Source of the DNA: a virus
Taxonomy: Duplodnaviria > Caudoviricetes
IMG/VR virus record: IMGVR_UViG_3300031418_000007
DNA: 64,000 nucleotides
Reading direction: 5' to 3' (one strand)
Numbering within the stretch: position 1 is the stretch's first letter; the number at the start of each line of letters is the position of its first letter. A program made the position numbers and the translations under genes. The notes under the pieces were generated by a model, which was not told where the DNA came from, did no database searches, and saw only the letters and a program-made list of their open reading frames with translations. This document shows positions 1-9,457 of the stretch, one piece after another.

Positions 1-2010
1 ACGGATGTTGTAACGTGCCTGGTTACCAATCACTCCCCCTTCTACATAACCCAGCTCTAGCTCCTGCTTAGGCTTTGTCATGTCAGCGTGTTGACCCACG
101 CAGCGAACGATGATCTTTTGCGGTCCCTTTACCAGGAACTGCTTGTTGTTGATAAAGATCAGACGACCACGGAACAGCCAGTCTACTTCATCAATCAACG
201 GGTGATCGTTTAACCATACGTCGATCTGAGCAAAGTTAATCGGAAGATTACCCAACACCTTCTCATAAAGATCGTCCAGGCTAAAGCACAGGGAATGGTC
301 CAGATGGTCCAGCTCAAATTCGTGACACAGGAATTGGTCGTCAAACACCACGATGCCGCGCTGGTTAATCCGGTCCAGTTTATCCCACACCAGTGTCTTG
401 CCTTCCATGTGATAGAAGTCAGTACCGGTACGCAGTGTCAGGGGACCCACAATCTGTGCCGTGACAAAACTGTATGCCGAGGAATAGACGTGGAACTCGG
501 CAGTAGTAGGAAGATCAACCGGATCATTTGCGACGATGTAGTTCAAACCACGTGCCGGCTTGCCGTAGGTAAACTCCAGCTTAGCGCAGTTCGCAAACTT
601 AGGAATCAGGTAAGAAGAACCCGACCGCCAGTAATAACCCAGCAGCTTGCCCTGAGCGTCATATTCCCACACCGTACTGGTTTCCTGATAAGTAGGAGGG
701 ATCAACACCCCACGACTGTCAGCAGGATAATCGGCGGCAATAGGCGTCGCGCTAATGGCCAGTGTTTCGGCGTTATAACCCAGTGCCATGTTAACGCTTT
801 CCGCAGTGATATCTTTCCACTGTGAACGCATAAACGACATCACCGGACCACTTTCCAATTCTGGTGCTGACCACTCAGGCATAACCGAACGCTCACCCGT
901 AAACGCTTTCATGATGTTGGCATCACTTAAACGGTACAGATGATGAAGACGCTGGTGCTCCCAAGGCAGATCAATCGTCCAGTTGGTTTTACGCTGTAAC
1001 ACCATGATCTTGGCAGTGCTGATATCGCGCAGCGAGGCCAGGGCTTCCATGTGACCTTTTAACTGACTCACACTGATAGCCACGTCGACATGGGTTAATT
1101 GACGACACGCCGACTCAACGTTACGGTGGTAATAAACACCGTCGCCGTTACCGTCTACAAAGTAATAATCATTGTCATCAAACCAACGCACCTGGAAACT
1201 GCCGTCTTTCGGAGGGTGCAGAATAAACTTACGCTGCTTGTCCAAATCCGAATAGTAGTCTTTGAGATCCGCGTAGTTGTAGTAGAGCACACGTTCCACG
1301 GTAGGATCGTGCCAGAACTCAACCAAATCACCCACGCTTAATTCTGTGGGTTCGGGAAATTGTTTGCGGTAGATCCCGTTGACAAACACCCCGGTAAATC
1401 CAGCCCGCCCTTTTACGGTTGCAAAGCGCAACTTAAAGCGAGCATATTCGGTGGTGTTTTCATAGGACATGCTTTCCATGACGTAGGGATTACCTTCATC
1501 ATTCATTGCCGCTTCTGACCGGGTAATATCCAGATCAGTGCTGTAGCACCGGAAGTGCATGTCGTCGTTTACCGTGATAGGAAAAACGCTCATCTGCTCG
1601 AAAGCAACCAGCACTAATCCATCTTGCGTAAACAGTACCCAGGTTTTGGTGCGGGGGTATTGCTTGCCCAAACCCGTGTAGAAATCCAGCTGAACACCAC
1701 GACGTTTGGCAATGACCGAGGCATTGGTCCAGACGTTGAAAGGGTTCTGAGTTTTAAAACGCGCACCTAAGTTCCAGATACCAGGATGCGTGCCGGTCAC
1801 TGAATAGATATGAAAGCGTTTATTCACCAGAGGTGTTTTACGCCAACTACCCATGTAGCCAAAACTGTTGATAGCGCCGATGTCAGGCGTGACCCGCCAC
1901 ATCTTTACCTGGAACTGCTTGTCGTTCTCAGGGTTCGCCCACAGCGCACGCACCGCATAATCCATGGCAGGGTTAAACGGCGTAGCGCCTAAAGCAGTTG
2001 TCTGTGCCAT
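1..2010 (-). CDS. Large virion structural protein, 5' part only (runs off the window start); absent from the ORF track
   Basis: ATG at 2010 reads MAQTTALGATPFNPAMDYAVRALWANPENDKQFQVKM. The same frame is open at the window edge (...GVIGNQARYNIR); the interior was not fully translated by hand. Position two genes upstream of and divergent from the sheath matches the phiKZ/SPN3US structural block. Confidence 0.7.
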   Translation of the reverse strand, partial: MAQTTALGATPFNPAMDYAVRALWANPENDKQFQVKMWRVTPDIGAINSFGYMGSWRKTPLVNKRFHIYSVTGTHPGIWNLGARFKTQNPFNVWTNASVIAKRRGVQLDFYTGLGKQYPRTKTWVLFTQDGLVLVAFEQMSVFPITVNDDMHFRCYSTDLDITRSEAAMNDEGNPYVMESMSYENTTEYARFKLRFATVKGRAGFTGVFVNGIYRKQFPEPTELSVGDLVEFWHDPTVERVLYYNYADLKDYYSDLDKQRKFILHPPKDGSFQVRWFDDNDYYFVDGNGDGVYYHRNVESACRQLTHVDVAISVSQLKGHMEALASLRDISTAKIMVLQRKTNWTIDLPWEHQRLHHLYRLSDANIMKAFTGERSVMPEWSAPELESGPVMSFMRSQWKDITAESVNMALGYNAETLAISATPIAADYPADSRGVLIPPTYQETSTVWEYDAQGKLLGYYWRSGSSYLIPKFANCAKLEFTYGKPARGLNYIVANDPVDLPTTAEFHVYSSAYSFVTAQIVGPLTLRTGTDFYHMEGKTLVWDKLDRINQRGIVVFDDQFLCHEFELDHLDHSLCFSLDDLYEKVLGNLPINFAQIDVWLNDHPLIDEVDWLFRGRLIFINNKQFLVKGPQKIIVRCVGQHADMTKPKQELELGYVEGGVIGNQARYNIR

Positions 2011-2020
2011 GGCTGATACC

Positions 2021-2905
2021 TTAGTTCACAGGAGAGAGGTCGTAGTTATACGAAATAGTCCGTAGAAATTCGTCCACTAACTCGCGGTTATATTTCGGGT
2101 CAAGCTGCGTGCCGATAGGGGTTTTGGAATACAGTTTGTTTTTGCAAGCAGCATAAACGAAACCGATCATCAGGTACGGATGCTCGAGTGCAACCGCCAC
2201 AACCTTTTTACCTACACCAATAAAGCTCAGCGTTTGACCCACAGAGATAAACTCCATCAGGGTTACGTTCTTCAGCTTAAACAGGGAAGGTTCGGTTTTA
2301 ATCGCATTCACGACCGCAGCAGAGTTGGCCAGGAAACCAATGTCATCGATGATGCGTTGACTGAAGTTATTGTCAATGCGGAACACCGTTTTAATCGCGT
2401 TGGCGCTGATGTAACCCGTCTCGTCTGATTCACCCTCAAACAAACAGTTGATGTAGTGACCCAGTACGATTTGCAGTGTTTGACGTTCTTCAAGATCCAG
2501 GCCTTTATTAAAGCCCAGCTTATCCGCCAGTCCGCCAGCAATAGCTTTCATGCAGATGAACTTGCTAGAGAGCAGAATAGAACGACTGCCTTCAATAACA
2601 TCCTGCTGAGTGTATGCTGTCAAACGAATGATGTTCAGTTCAGTTTCGCTGATAACCTTGTTATTTTTATCGCGATAAGGACGCTCATCATAAATGGTGA
2701 TGTTACGCTTGTCATAACCTGACAAGGTAATCGGAAGAGGGAAGATAGGGATATCCATGCCGTTGGTGTTATTAATGCTAAACACATTGGGCTTGGTAGT
2801 GGGAACCAAATCATTACGCAAAGCCAGCGTTTTGATAACGTCCTCAATACGGTCCTGGATTTTTAACGGTTTCCCTATCAGGGTATCATAACCGTTGATA
2901 GACAT
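2021..2905 (-). CDS. Conserved phiKZ-like virion structural protein (294 aa)
   Basis: ORF track 2021..2950. Start moved to ATG 2905, which follows an AGGAG RBS. Synteny: divergent from the tail sheath. Confidence 0.6.
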   Translation of the reverse strand: MSINGYDTLIGKPLKIQDRIEDVIKTLALRNDLVPTTKPNVFSINNTNGMDIPIFPLPITLSGYDKRNITIYDERPYRDKNNKVISETELNIIRLTAYTQQDVIEGSRSILLSSKFICMKAIAGGLADKLGFNKGLDLEERQTLQIVLGHYINCLFEGESDETGYISANAIKTVFRIDNNFSQRIIDDIGFLANSAAVVNAIKTEPSLFKLKNVTLMEFISVGQTLSFIGVGKKVVAVALEHPYLMIGFVYAACKNKLYSKTPIGTQLDPKYNRELVDEFLRTISYNYDLSPVN

Positions 2906-3041
2906 GGGAACTCTCCTAAATAGAATGTTATGTGCCATGAAATAACACAAGTGTAAGGTCTATAAGCTATTACATACGATTGTTTTCTGGTAAACGTCGA
3001 CGCGTATTTTTTGATCAAAAAATCCTTATGAGGTATATTCG

Positions 3042-5183
3042 ATGACTACGACTACTTCCGTCGTACCGGGTAAGGTGTTGAATAACGGCATTCGTGATAT
3101 CAGTATCCCTGATTATCAGGCCGTTTCACCATCTACCCCTATCCATCTTCCGGTGGTCCATATGGTCACACCGAAGGGTGAATTGGGTACCCAGTTCGTT
3201 CCACTTTCTCAGATCACCAGCCGTTTCGGTAATCTGTTCAAAGATAATTCCCTGTATTACAACCCGAACGCCGTGTTGCTGAAACAGCTGGCACTGGGCG
3301 GTCAGGCACGTACCGGTCTGCGTCGTTTAACAGCGAACACCAAAGTTGCGCGTATTCCTCTTTCCGCCTATGTGCAGAAAAAGTCTATGCCGACTTACGA
3401 GCGCGATTCCACCGGTCAGTTCAAGATCGACAAAGACGGTAACCGCATTCCGCTGGGCACGCAGGAAAAACTGTTTATCTCGATCAAGATCGACGATACC
3501 GCAGCCGCTACCAATCCAGGTGAACTGAAAGCGCGCACCATCGCAGGTGCAACAGAAGCGGATCCAGAAACTCACGTTCTCCCGCTGTTTGAACTGCCGG
3601 CTGGCGTAGGCGATGCCTACAACAAAAACGGTATCAACTTCGGCGTGTACGGCACTAACCTGAACTGGCAGAACATTGCAAAGTTCGTGGCAAACACCGG
3701 CGTGTATCCGTTCAACCTGCGTATGTTCGAAACCACTGATGCTGGCATCCGTGCGTATTCCAACACAGTAAACGGTGGTGACACCGCACAGCTGACTCTG
3801 TTTGATGCAGAGTACAACGATACCAAGTATTCCCTGAAGCGCGGTGTTCAGGCGTTTACCGGTCGTATCACCAGCGACACCGATGAGCTGCGTCCTACGC
3901 CGTTCAAAGAGCCGATCGTCTATCAGGACAATATCGAGCTGCTGGCTCAGATGATGTATGCTGTTGAGAAACCGCTGAACACCAACCTGATCGACAATGG
4001 CGCATATTCGTATCGCCAGATGAACCCGTTCACCTGCCAAGATCATACCGGTGTTCCGTACTTCGGTGCTGAAACTGATGTGGTTGTGCAGTGGGACATG
4101 AGCTTTGCTATCCAAGCCCAGTTCGGTATCTCTCCGTTCCTGGACGACGATGGTAAAGTGCCAAGCTACATCACCCAGACTAAACTGCCTGACCCGTTCA
4201 ACATCCTGGGTAATGCAGTGCAGCCAATGACTCAGGCGCAAGCCTGGGAAATCAACGACAAGTTGACGCTGGCTGACCTGACCGTGTACATCGCGTCTTC
4301 TGAACAACAGAACGTGATGATTAACCGTCAGAGCATCTGGTGGGACGTTGGCTATTCCATGGAAGTCAAAGAAAAGGCGGCTGAACTGCTGGGTGTTCGT
4401 AAAGACATCTACGTAGCATTCTGCGGTTCTGTCTGGACTCCGGGTAGCTACAACGAAGTAGCGGATATCTATTCGCGTGTTACACAGATCACTTCCATTG
4501 CTCGTCTCTTCCCAGAGTCTGAGAAATGGGGTACGGCGTCTTGCCGCTTCTCTGTGAACAAAATCGAAGCGATTCCAAACAGCGAAGACAACGACTGGCC
4601 AATGTCTGGTAACCTGGATCTGGCACAGAAGTGGGCGCAAGCTGGCGGTAACGAAGAAGGCATCTTCAAAGTGTCTATGTCTCCAGACCACGGTGATTAC
4701 CGTATCATGGATACCATGCACTCTCCGAACATCACGTTCGAAGAAGACCTGATTTCTGCCAACGGTCTGCTGATGGGTGCCATCACCCTGCGTCCATACG
4801 ACAGCGGTCGTTTCTTCCGTCCTGCGCTGCCAACCGGCTACGCAACGTCTATCGATTCCGTGATTAAAGATCAGGTTCCTGTAATGATCTGTATCGCCAT
4901 CGAAAAGATCGCGCAGAGCAAATGGGGTCTGGTGTGCAGTGACACCACTCTCAGCGAAGAGAACTACGCTGCCCTGGTGAAAGATGCCATTGAACGTGAT
5001 GTCCGTGACAACCTCGGTGGTTACGTGCGCTGTAACGTGGTAGTTCAGCCTGTGGAAAATGTTCAGGGTGGCGAAGCGGTCATGAAAGTCGTTGCGTACT
5101 GTGGCTTCAACAAAGCTAAGTACATGATGGAATTCGATCTGTTCGCGGACAACGTTACCAACTTCACCGCCGACGCGGCATAA
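3042..5183 (+). CDS. Contractile tail sheath protein (phiKZ gp29-like)
   Basis: 713 aa. N-terminus VVPGKVLNNGIRDISIP and PIHLPVVHMVTPKG, and C-terminal CGFNKAKYMMEFDLF, resemble phiKZ/SPN3US sheaths. Followed by a tube-sized gene. Confidence 0.9.
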   Translation: MTTTTSVVPGKVLNNGIRDISIPDYQAVSPSTPIHLPVVHMVTPKGELGTQFVPLSQITSRFGNLFKDNSLYYNPNAVLLKQLALGGQARTGLRRLTANTKVARIPLSAYVQKKSMPTYERDSTGQFKIDKDGNRIPLGTQEKLFISIKIDDTAAATNPGELKARTIAGATEADPETHVLPLFELPAGVGDAYNKNGINFGVYGTNLNWQNIAKFVANTGVYPFNLRMFETTDAGIRAYSNTVNGGDTAQLTLFDAEYNDTKYSLKRGVQAFTGRITSDTDELRPTPFKEPIVYQDNIELLAQMMYAVEKPLNTNLIDNGAYSYRQMNPFTCQDHTGVPYFGAETDVVVQWDMSFAIQAQFGISPFLDDDGKVPSYITQTKLPDPFNILGNAVQPMTQAQAWEINDKLTLADLTVYIASSEQQNVMINRQSIWWDVGYSMEVKEKAAELLGVRKDIYVAFCGSVWTPGSYNEVADIYSRVTQITSIARLFPESEKWGTASCRFSVNKIEAIPNSEDNDWPMSGNLDLAQKWAQAGGNEEGIFKVSMSPDHGDYRIMDTMHSPNITFEEDLISANGLLMGAITLRPYDSGRFFRPALPTGYATSIDSVIKDQVPVMICIAIEKIAQSKWGLVCSDTTLSEENYAALVKDAIERDVRDNLGGYVRCNVVVQPVENVQGGEAVMKVVAYCGFNKAKYMMEFDLFADNVTNFTADAA

Positions 5184-5201
5184 GGATAAAGGGAAACTGT
5201 T

Positions 5202-6101
5202 ATGGCAGATTCTAACTACATCCATCGCACGAACGACACGCTGCTTAGCAAGAGCGATCCGTTTGTTCAGGCGATGGGTCTGCAAAACCGCCCGGTAGTC
5301 AACCCGGGCATTGGTGACATCAGCGGCTGGACACACAACGTGTTCGACTACCTGAACGTGCAACCGCACATTCAGCAGCAGAGCTGGTGTATCGTTCTGT
5401 CAACCCCAGGCATCTTCAGTCGCCTGCCAGGTGGAAACCGCTTGCACTCCATGTGTAAGTCTTTCTTTGAGAACCGCTCTCTGAAGTTCGAAGGCCTGAG
5501 CGACCGTACCGAGTTCGAGTTCGCCGACGTGCAGTGGACAGGTCACCGCCTGAGCTTCCCGTCTGGCGCAACCCGTACCCTGGGTCAGGTAACGCACGAC
5601 ACCTACGATCTTGAAGGTGAACCGTTCCGTTACATGTTCGAAGCATGGGGTAACTGGGGTATGATCAACCCAGACACCGGCATGCCGAACGCCGTAATCC
5701 TGCGTGATCCAGGCGATCTCCTGCTGGATGACATCGGTGCGAGCTGCATCTACTTCGATACCACTCGTAATGGTAAAGACATTTCTTCTGCACAGCTGAT
5801 CGTGGGAATGATGCCTGAAACCAAAGTGGCTACCGAACTGCGTCGTGATAAGAACGAAGCGGGTCAGATGCGCAACATCTCCATGCCATTCCGTGGTCTG
5901 GTAGAATCAAACACTTACGCCGTGAAAGAAATTGCGCGTAAGATGTTGTCTCGTCTGAGCTGGTACAACCCAGGTTCAGTACAGGCGCCTTCTGCGTTCA
6001 TGCAGCGTACGGCTATCCTGGAGTCTATCAAAGATTCTGGCGTAATCGAACACATGCAAACTGAACAGCGCAAAGTGGTTGCCCCTAACTACATCGCGTA
6101 A
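5202..6101 (+). CDS. Tail tube protein (phiKZ gp30-like)
   Basis: 299 aa immediately after the sheath, with size and synteny as in phiKZ-like phages. Confidence 0.85.
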   Translation: MADSNYIHRTNDTLLSKSDPFVQAMGLQNRPVVNPGIGDISGWTHNVFDYLNVQPHIQQQSWCIVLSTPGIFSRLPGGNRLHSMCKSFFENRSLKFEGLSDRTEFEFADVQWTGHRLSFPSGATRTLGQVTHDTYDLEGEPFRYMFEAWGNWGMINPDTGMPNAVILRDPGDLLLDDIGASCIYFDTTRNGKDISSAQLIVGMMPETKVATELRRDKNEAGQMRNISMPFRGLVESNTYAVKEIARKMLSRLSWYNPGSVQAPSAFMQRTAILESIKDSGVIEHMQTEQRKVVAPNYIA

Positions 6102-6126
6102 GACAGAAAAAAAAAAATAGATAATA

Positions 6127-6158
6127 TAACTCTACTACCCGCAAGGGTAGTAGAGTTA
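6127..6158. terminator. Conserved convergent-junction hairpin
   Basis: TAACTCTACTACCC-GCAA-GGGTAGTAGAGTTA, a perfect 14-bp stem preceded by a long A-run, between the tube gene (+) and the minus-strand island. Confidence 0.8.
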
Positions 6159-6218
6159 TTTATATTGACCAAATGTATTAAAACATTGATTAGTCACTTT
6201 TCTTACTCCGGTGAAGGA

Positions 6219-6296
6219 TTAAAGATATTTTTCAATGATGCAGTGTACAGCAAAAGCCAACACACATCCTAGTACGATACTCCAAAATATTATCAT
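6219..6296 (-). CDS. 25-aa single-TM micropeptide
   Basis: AGAGGAG RBS 7 nt before ATG; reads MIIFWSIVLGCVLAFAVHCIIEKYL*. Below the ORF-track size cutoff. Confidence 0.55.
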   Translation of the reverse strand: MIIFWSIVLGCVLAFAVHCIIEKYL

Positions 6297-6367
6297 ATCG
6301 GATCTCCTCTATTGATTAAAAGACACGCTCACCCAAGTTTCCCTAGGTGAGCCCCAGAACCTTTCAA

Positions 6368-6892
6368 TTAGCGACGCACCAGCGAAGCTTTAGTAGGCAC
6401 ACCTAACATGTCAGGCTTAGCTACGTTTTTCAAAAGCGTCCTCAACATATGGCGGTTCTTACGAATTGCTTTCAGAACTTTCATATGGTTACAGCGTGGA
6501 GCAAACTGTTTGAATTGCTCCAGGTCGCGAGTGTAGTAATACAGCGCCATCGCACGTAACAGCTCAATAGCGTCACGACCATGTTCTGCATACATCTCAC
6601 TGATTTCCACTTTCTCCAACCAACGCATTGCATCACCATAACTCATGGTCATCGGCAACACGAAAGTGAAGTGGGTGAAGTTTTTACTAATGGTCGGCGT
6701 GTGGGCGCGTTCGGAAACGGCCACCTGCGCACGACGGGTTTTCCAACCATGTTGATAGGTTAGTCTAACAAAGGTAGGGAATTGTTCTACACTGATGCTC
6801 AGCGGTTTCCAGGTAAACTTGTGGATTAGCAGAACGATCAGTACGGCGTAGGTTACAGTTAACAGCACATTCATCAGAGTATCGTAAGTCAT
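6368..6892 (-). CDS. Hypothetical N-terminally membrane-anchored protein
   Basis: 174 aa, with hydrophobic N-terminus LMNVLLTVTYAVLIVLLI and a basic C-terminus. Confidence 0.7.
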   Translation of the reverse strand: MTYDTLMNVLLTVTYAVLIVLLIHKFTWKPLSISVEQFPTFVRLTYQHGWKTRRAQVAVSERAHTPTISKNFTHFTFVLPMTMSYGDAMRWLEKVEISEMYAEHGRDAIELLRAMALYYYTRDLEQFKQFAPRCNHMKVLKAIRKNRHMLRTLLKNVAKPDMLGVPTKASLVRR

Positions 6893-6906
6893 AATTATTA
6901 TCCTTA

Positions 6907-7392
6907 TTAACGAGGAGTACGAGGGGAAGTAAAAACAACGTCGCTTTTACGCGGTTCGTTGACAACCAATACCTGTTCTTTCAACAGATCACCGAAAGGG
7001 AATTCTGGAGCCTGATTTTTAATCTCTTCAGGCAACCCAATTTCTTGATCATAATGTCGAAGAGCGCAGGAAACCAGTGAAGTGATCCAGTCATTACGCA
7101 CACGAGTAAATGAGTCATCTTGAATAGCAAAGGTGAACCCACGGTATCCGTTTGCAGGATCACGCGCTATCTCTTTACCGTAAAGCAACTCACTGACAAT
7201 GTCAGGCGCCTGAGGTCCTTTAAACAGTTCTTTATAGACAACGAAGATGCATTGTGTCTGTGTGCTGTAAAGCACAACTACGTTCTTCATGTCGATTAAT
7301 AAATTACCGTGCTCAGGCTCATTAAACTCAGACAGGACACTGATGCTAACAACGTCGTTTTCTACCAGTGCTTTATCAGTAACTTGTAACAT
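6907..7392 (-). CDS. Hypothetical protein (early-type)
   Basis: 161 aa, with an AGGGG RBS and a TATATTAC motif about 45 nt upstream. Confidence 0.75.
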   Translation of the reverse strand: MLQVTDKALVENDVVSISVLSEFNEPEHGNLLIDMKNVVVLYSTQTQCIFVVYKELFKGPQAPDIVSELLYGKEIARDPANGYRGFTFAIQDDSFTRVRNDWITSLVSCALRHYDQEIGLPEEIKNQAPEFPFGDLLKEQVLVVNEPRKSDVVFTSPRTPR

Positions 7393-7435
7393 ATAAACCC
7401 CTTAATTAAATAGATTAGTTTGTTTATCTACTTAG

Positions 7436-7443
7436 GTAATATA
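7436..7443 (-). promoter_or_regulatory. phiKZ-type early promoter core TATATTAC
   Basis: Minus strand reads gacc-TATATTAC-ctaagtag; the motif recurs upstream of accessory genes. Confidence 0.7.
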
Positions 7444-7494
7444 GGTCTAAGATGAAATGTATTCTAAATACAAACGAAAAATAAATACCCGCAA

Positions 7495-7518
7495 ATAAGG
7501 TGGCCGAAGCCACCTTAT
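7495..7518 (-). terminator. Intrinsic terminator
   Basis: 10-bp stem ATAAGGTGGC/GCCACCTTAT with a UUCG loop on the minus strand, just downstream of 7534..7977. Confidence 0.75.
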
Positions 7519-7533
7519 CTGTTTCAGGTTAGA

Positions 7534-7977
7534 TTAACCGAAAAGTTTTGCAGCCGCTTCAGCGTTAGCAACCTGCATTTGGTCGTTCCACGCATTCAGG
7601 TCATCGCTCATGCCGAAGTCGGTGGCGATGGTAGACTGACCGTACAGCTGACTGTCGCCGAGATCCTGCACCATAACGTGCTGTGCGTTGATGGTGAGCT
7701 GATCGCCCAGCTTCAGGGTAGCATCGAAGTTGGTGATGTCGTTGTTGGCTTCATAAGCCTGACGACCCAGCTGGGCAGCAACCGCACCAACCTGTGAAGA
7801 AACGTTGTTGATGAAAGAGATGTGATTATCCAGAGACTGCTCGGTGATACCTTCCGGGTACAGTTCAGCTGGCAGGCTCAGCGTGGCGTGAGCAGAGACA
7901 TCAGAGACTTCAGCAGTATCGAACAGATTAGTGATACCGGCTTCCATCATTTCGTCAAAGTTTACAATTGAAGACAT
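7534..7977 (-). CDS. Acidic hypothetical protein, monocistronic
   Basis: 147 aa, D/E-rich, strongly biased codons, flanked by its own motif and terminator. Confidence 0.85.
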   Translation of the reverse strand: MSSIVNFDEMMEAGITNLFDTAEVSDVSAHATLSLPAELYPEGITEQSLDNHISFINNVSSQVGAVAAQLGRQAYEANNDITNFDATLKLGDQLTINAQHVMVQDLGDSQLYGQSTIATDFGMSDDLNAWNDQMQVANAEAAAKLFG

Positions 7978-8059
7978 CGTTATTTCCTATTGTTGAGTAA
8001 GGACTAAAGAAAGGAGTAGCAGTTGCATCTCCTAGAACTGGGGTTCTTGTTTCAGTTAA

Positions 8060-8067
8060 GTAATATA
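8060..8067 (-). promoter_or_regulatory. Early promoter core TATATTAC
   Basis: Minus strand reads cacc-TATATTAC-ttaactg. Confidence 0.65.
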
Positions 8068-8132
8068 GGTGTGAAATATTTTTAGCATAACGGAACAATA
8101 GATGGATCATACAGCAAAAAATAAATAAAGAG

Positions 8133-8158
8133 ACACCTCTGCCCGAAGGCAGAAGTGT
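8133..8158 (-). terminator. Intrinsic terminator
   Basis: ACACCTCTGCC-CGAA-GGCAGAAGTGT (one mismatch); the A-rich flank gives a U-tract on the minus strand. Confidence 0.7.
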
Positions 8159-8164
8159 TCTTGG

Positions 8165-8593
8165 TTACGGACGGAAGATACCAGCAGTGGATGCAACGTC
8201 ATCGAGATTATTAACGGTATCTTTAATGATACAGTTATAGGTGTCACCTTCTTCATTGTCAGTCATGATCAGGAACTGAGCACGATCAACCAGTTTGCCA
8301 TGCAGGTAACTGATGGAATACTGAGTGTCGCCCTGGAGGATATCCAAGCCATCCACTACGGTACCATCAACCGCCTGCACATTGCTCACGCCGGTTTCCT
8401 GTAATGAGCTTTCAACTTTCTCTTTCTTGCCATCAGCAGTTGTGAAAGTGAATTTCACATTCTGCGCATCACGCGTTGCTTTAACACTGCCGCCATTATC
8501 AAACTTGCACTGGAACAGTACCAGGTCTTTAGCCATAGCACTGCCCATGAACATTGCGGAACACAGCAGACCGATAAAGAGAGACTTACGCAT
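8165..8593 (-). CDS. Secreted (Sec signal) two-Cys periplasmic protein
   Basis: Signal peptide MRKSLFIGLLCSAMFMGSAMA followed by KD...; mature part has LFQC near the N-terminus and TYNC near the C-terminus. Confidence 0.8.
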   Translation of the reverse strand: MRKSLFIGLLCSAMFMGSAMAKDLVLFQCKFDNGGSVKATRDAQNVKFTFTTADGKKEKVESSLQETGVSNVQAVDGTVVDGLDILQGDTQYSISYLHGKLVDRAQFLIMTDNEEGDTYNCIIKDTVNNLDDVASTAGIFRP

Positions 8594-8635
8594 TTTAAAA
8601 CCCCTTGATTAAATTAACTAAGTTTATTCACTCAG

Positions 8636-8643
8636 GTAATATA
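8636..8643 (-). promoter_or_regulatory. Early promoter core TATATTAC
   Basis: Minus strand reads gctc-TATATTAC-ctgagtg, 43 nt upstream of 8593. Confidence 0.7.
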
Positions 8644-8661
8644 GAGCTGAGATAAACTGTA

Positions 8662-8862
8662 TTAGAAAATGCAGAAGATCTCTACAACAGTACAAAAGAA
8701 GCTTTTGACTTTGCCCGGCTGTTTGCAACTGGGCATCATCAGAGCTATCTCTTCATCGGTAAGTGGTCTGTCACTGTCCTTGCAGCTTAACGATTGCGTC
8801 GTTGACGAGCTGGTAGATTTCGACACCGTATTCTTTTCCGATGCTGTTCTCGAGACATGCAT
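8662..8862 (-). CDS. Small protein overlapping the 3' end of 8771..9439
   Basis: 66 aa, with a GAGGAG RBS 7 nt before ATG, in a different frame from the upstream gene. Confidence 0.5.
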   Translation of the reverse strand: MHVSRTASEKNTVSKSTSSSTTQSLSCKDSDRPLTDEEIALMMPSCKQPGKVKSFFCTVVEIFCIF

Positions 8863-9439
8863 TAATCAGCTCCTCACGTTTTTCGTGGAAGTCAATTGTC
8901 ATTAAGTTCTCACGAAGTTCTTCGTGCGTCGGATTCCAATCATCCTCTGCAACGTAGTCGCCGTTGGCGCTGGCAATGAATTTCGTCAGGAACTCAGCCT
9001 TCTCCTCCTTTGAACTGGTGAGCGCCATGGATGTAACGAACGGATCGAAACACAGCAGGTCAGCAACCACGGCACGGAACAGTTCCACGTTGTTAGAGAA
9101 ACGCAGAGCAGCCATGCGATAGATCACGCTTTTGCGGTGTTCGATGTTCAGAGAGAATGCACGCTTGGTCATCAGCGCCATGGTAGGGTGACGGCTGGTG
9201 ATAAACATGTTGGTAATTTGCAAAGCGTAGTCGCCAATGGCGGTGGCCTTGCTGTCGTTGTTCATAACCACACCTTCAATGAGGTGCGCACCAGATATGC
9301 TATCAACTGCGGCATTCCAGAATTTCCGTGACTCGTCAAACATGGCGGACAACAGATCAGCGTTACCGATAGCAGAACCGATTTGCGTGATCTGATACAG
9401 CTCTTGATGTTTAACAACGGAAAGTTGTGGAAGTTTCAT
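8771..9439 (-). CDS. Hypothetical protein
   Basis: 222 aa ORF with an AGGA RBS and phage-typical codon use. Confidence 0.8.
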   Translation of the reverse strand: MKLPQLSVVKHQELYQITQIGSAIGNADLLSAMFDESRKFWNAAVDSISGAHLIEGVVMNNDSKATAIGDYALQITNMFITSRHPTMALMTKRAFSLNIEHRKSVIYRMAALRFSNNVELFRAVVADLLCFDPFVTSMALTSSKEEKAEFLTKFIASANGDYVAEDDWNPTHEELRENLMTIDFHEKREELINACLENSIGKEYGVEIYQLVNDAIVKLQGQ

Positions 9440-9457
9440 ATTTTTGTCCTTTTATCA

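Noticed and set aside
295-1992. Plus-strand ORFs (295..825, 1099..1341, 1810..1992) suggesting a fragmented or pseudogene region
   Set aside because: They are antisense to one long minus-strand gene starting at 2010 that the track missed because it has no stop inside the window.
3327-5369. 680-aa minus-strand ORF antisense to the tail sheath
   Set aside because: Shadow ORF in register with a strongly codon-biased real gene; no RBS or recognisable motifs. The same applies to 9948..10703, 25003..26004 and 45319..46185.
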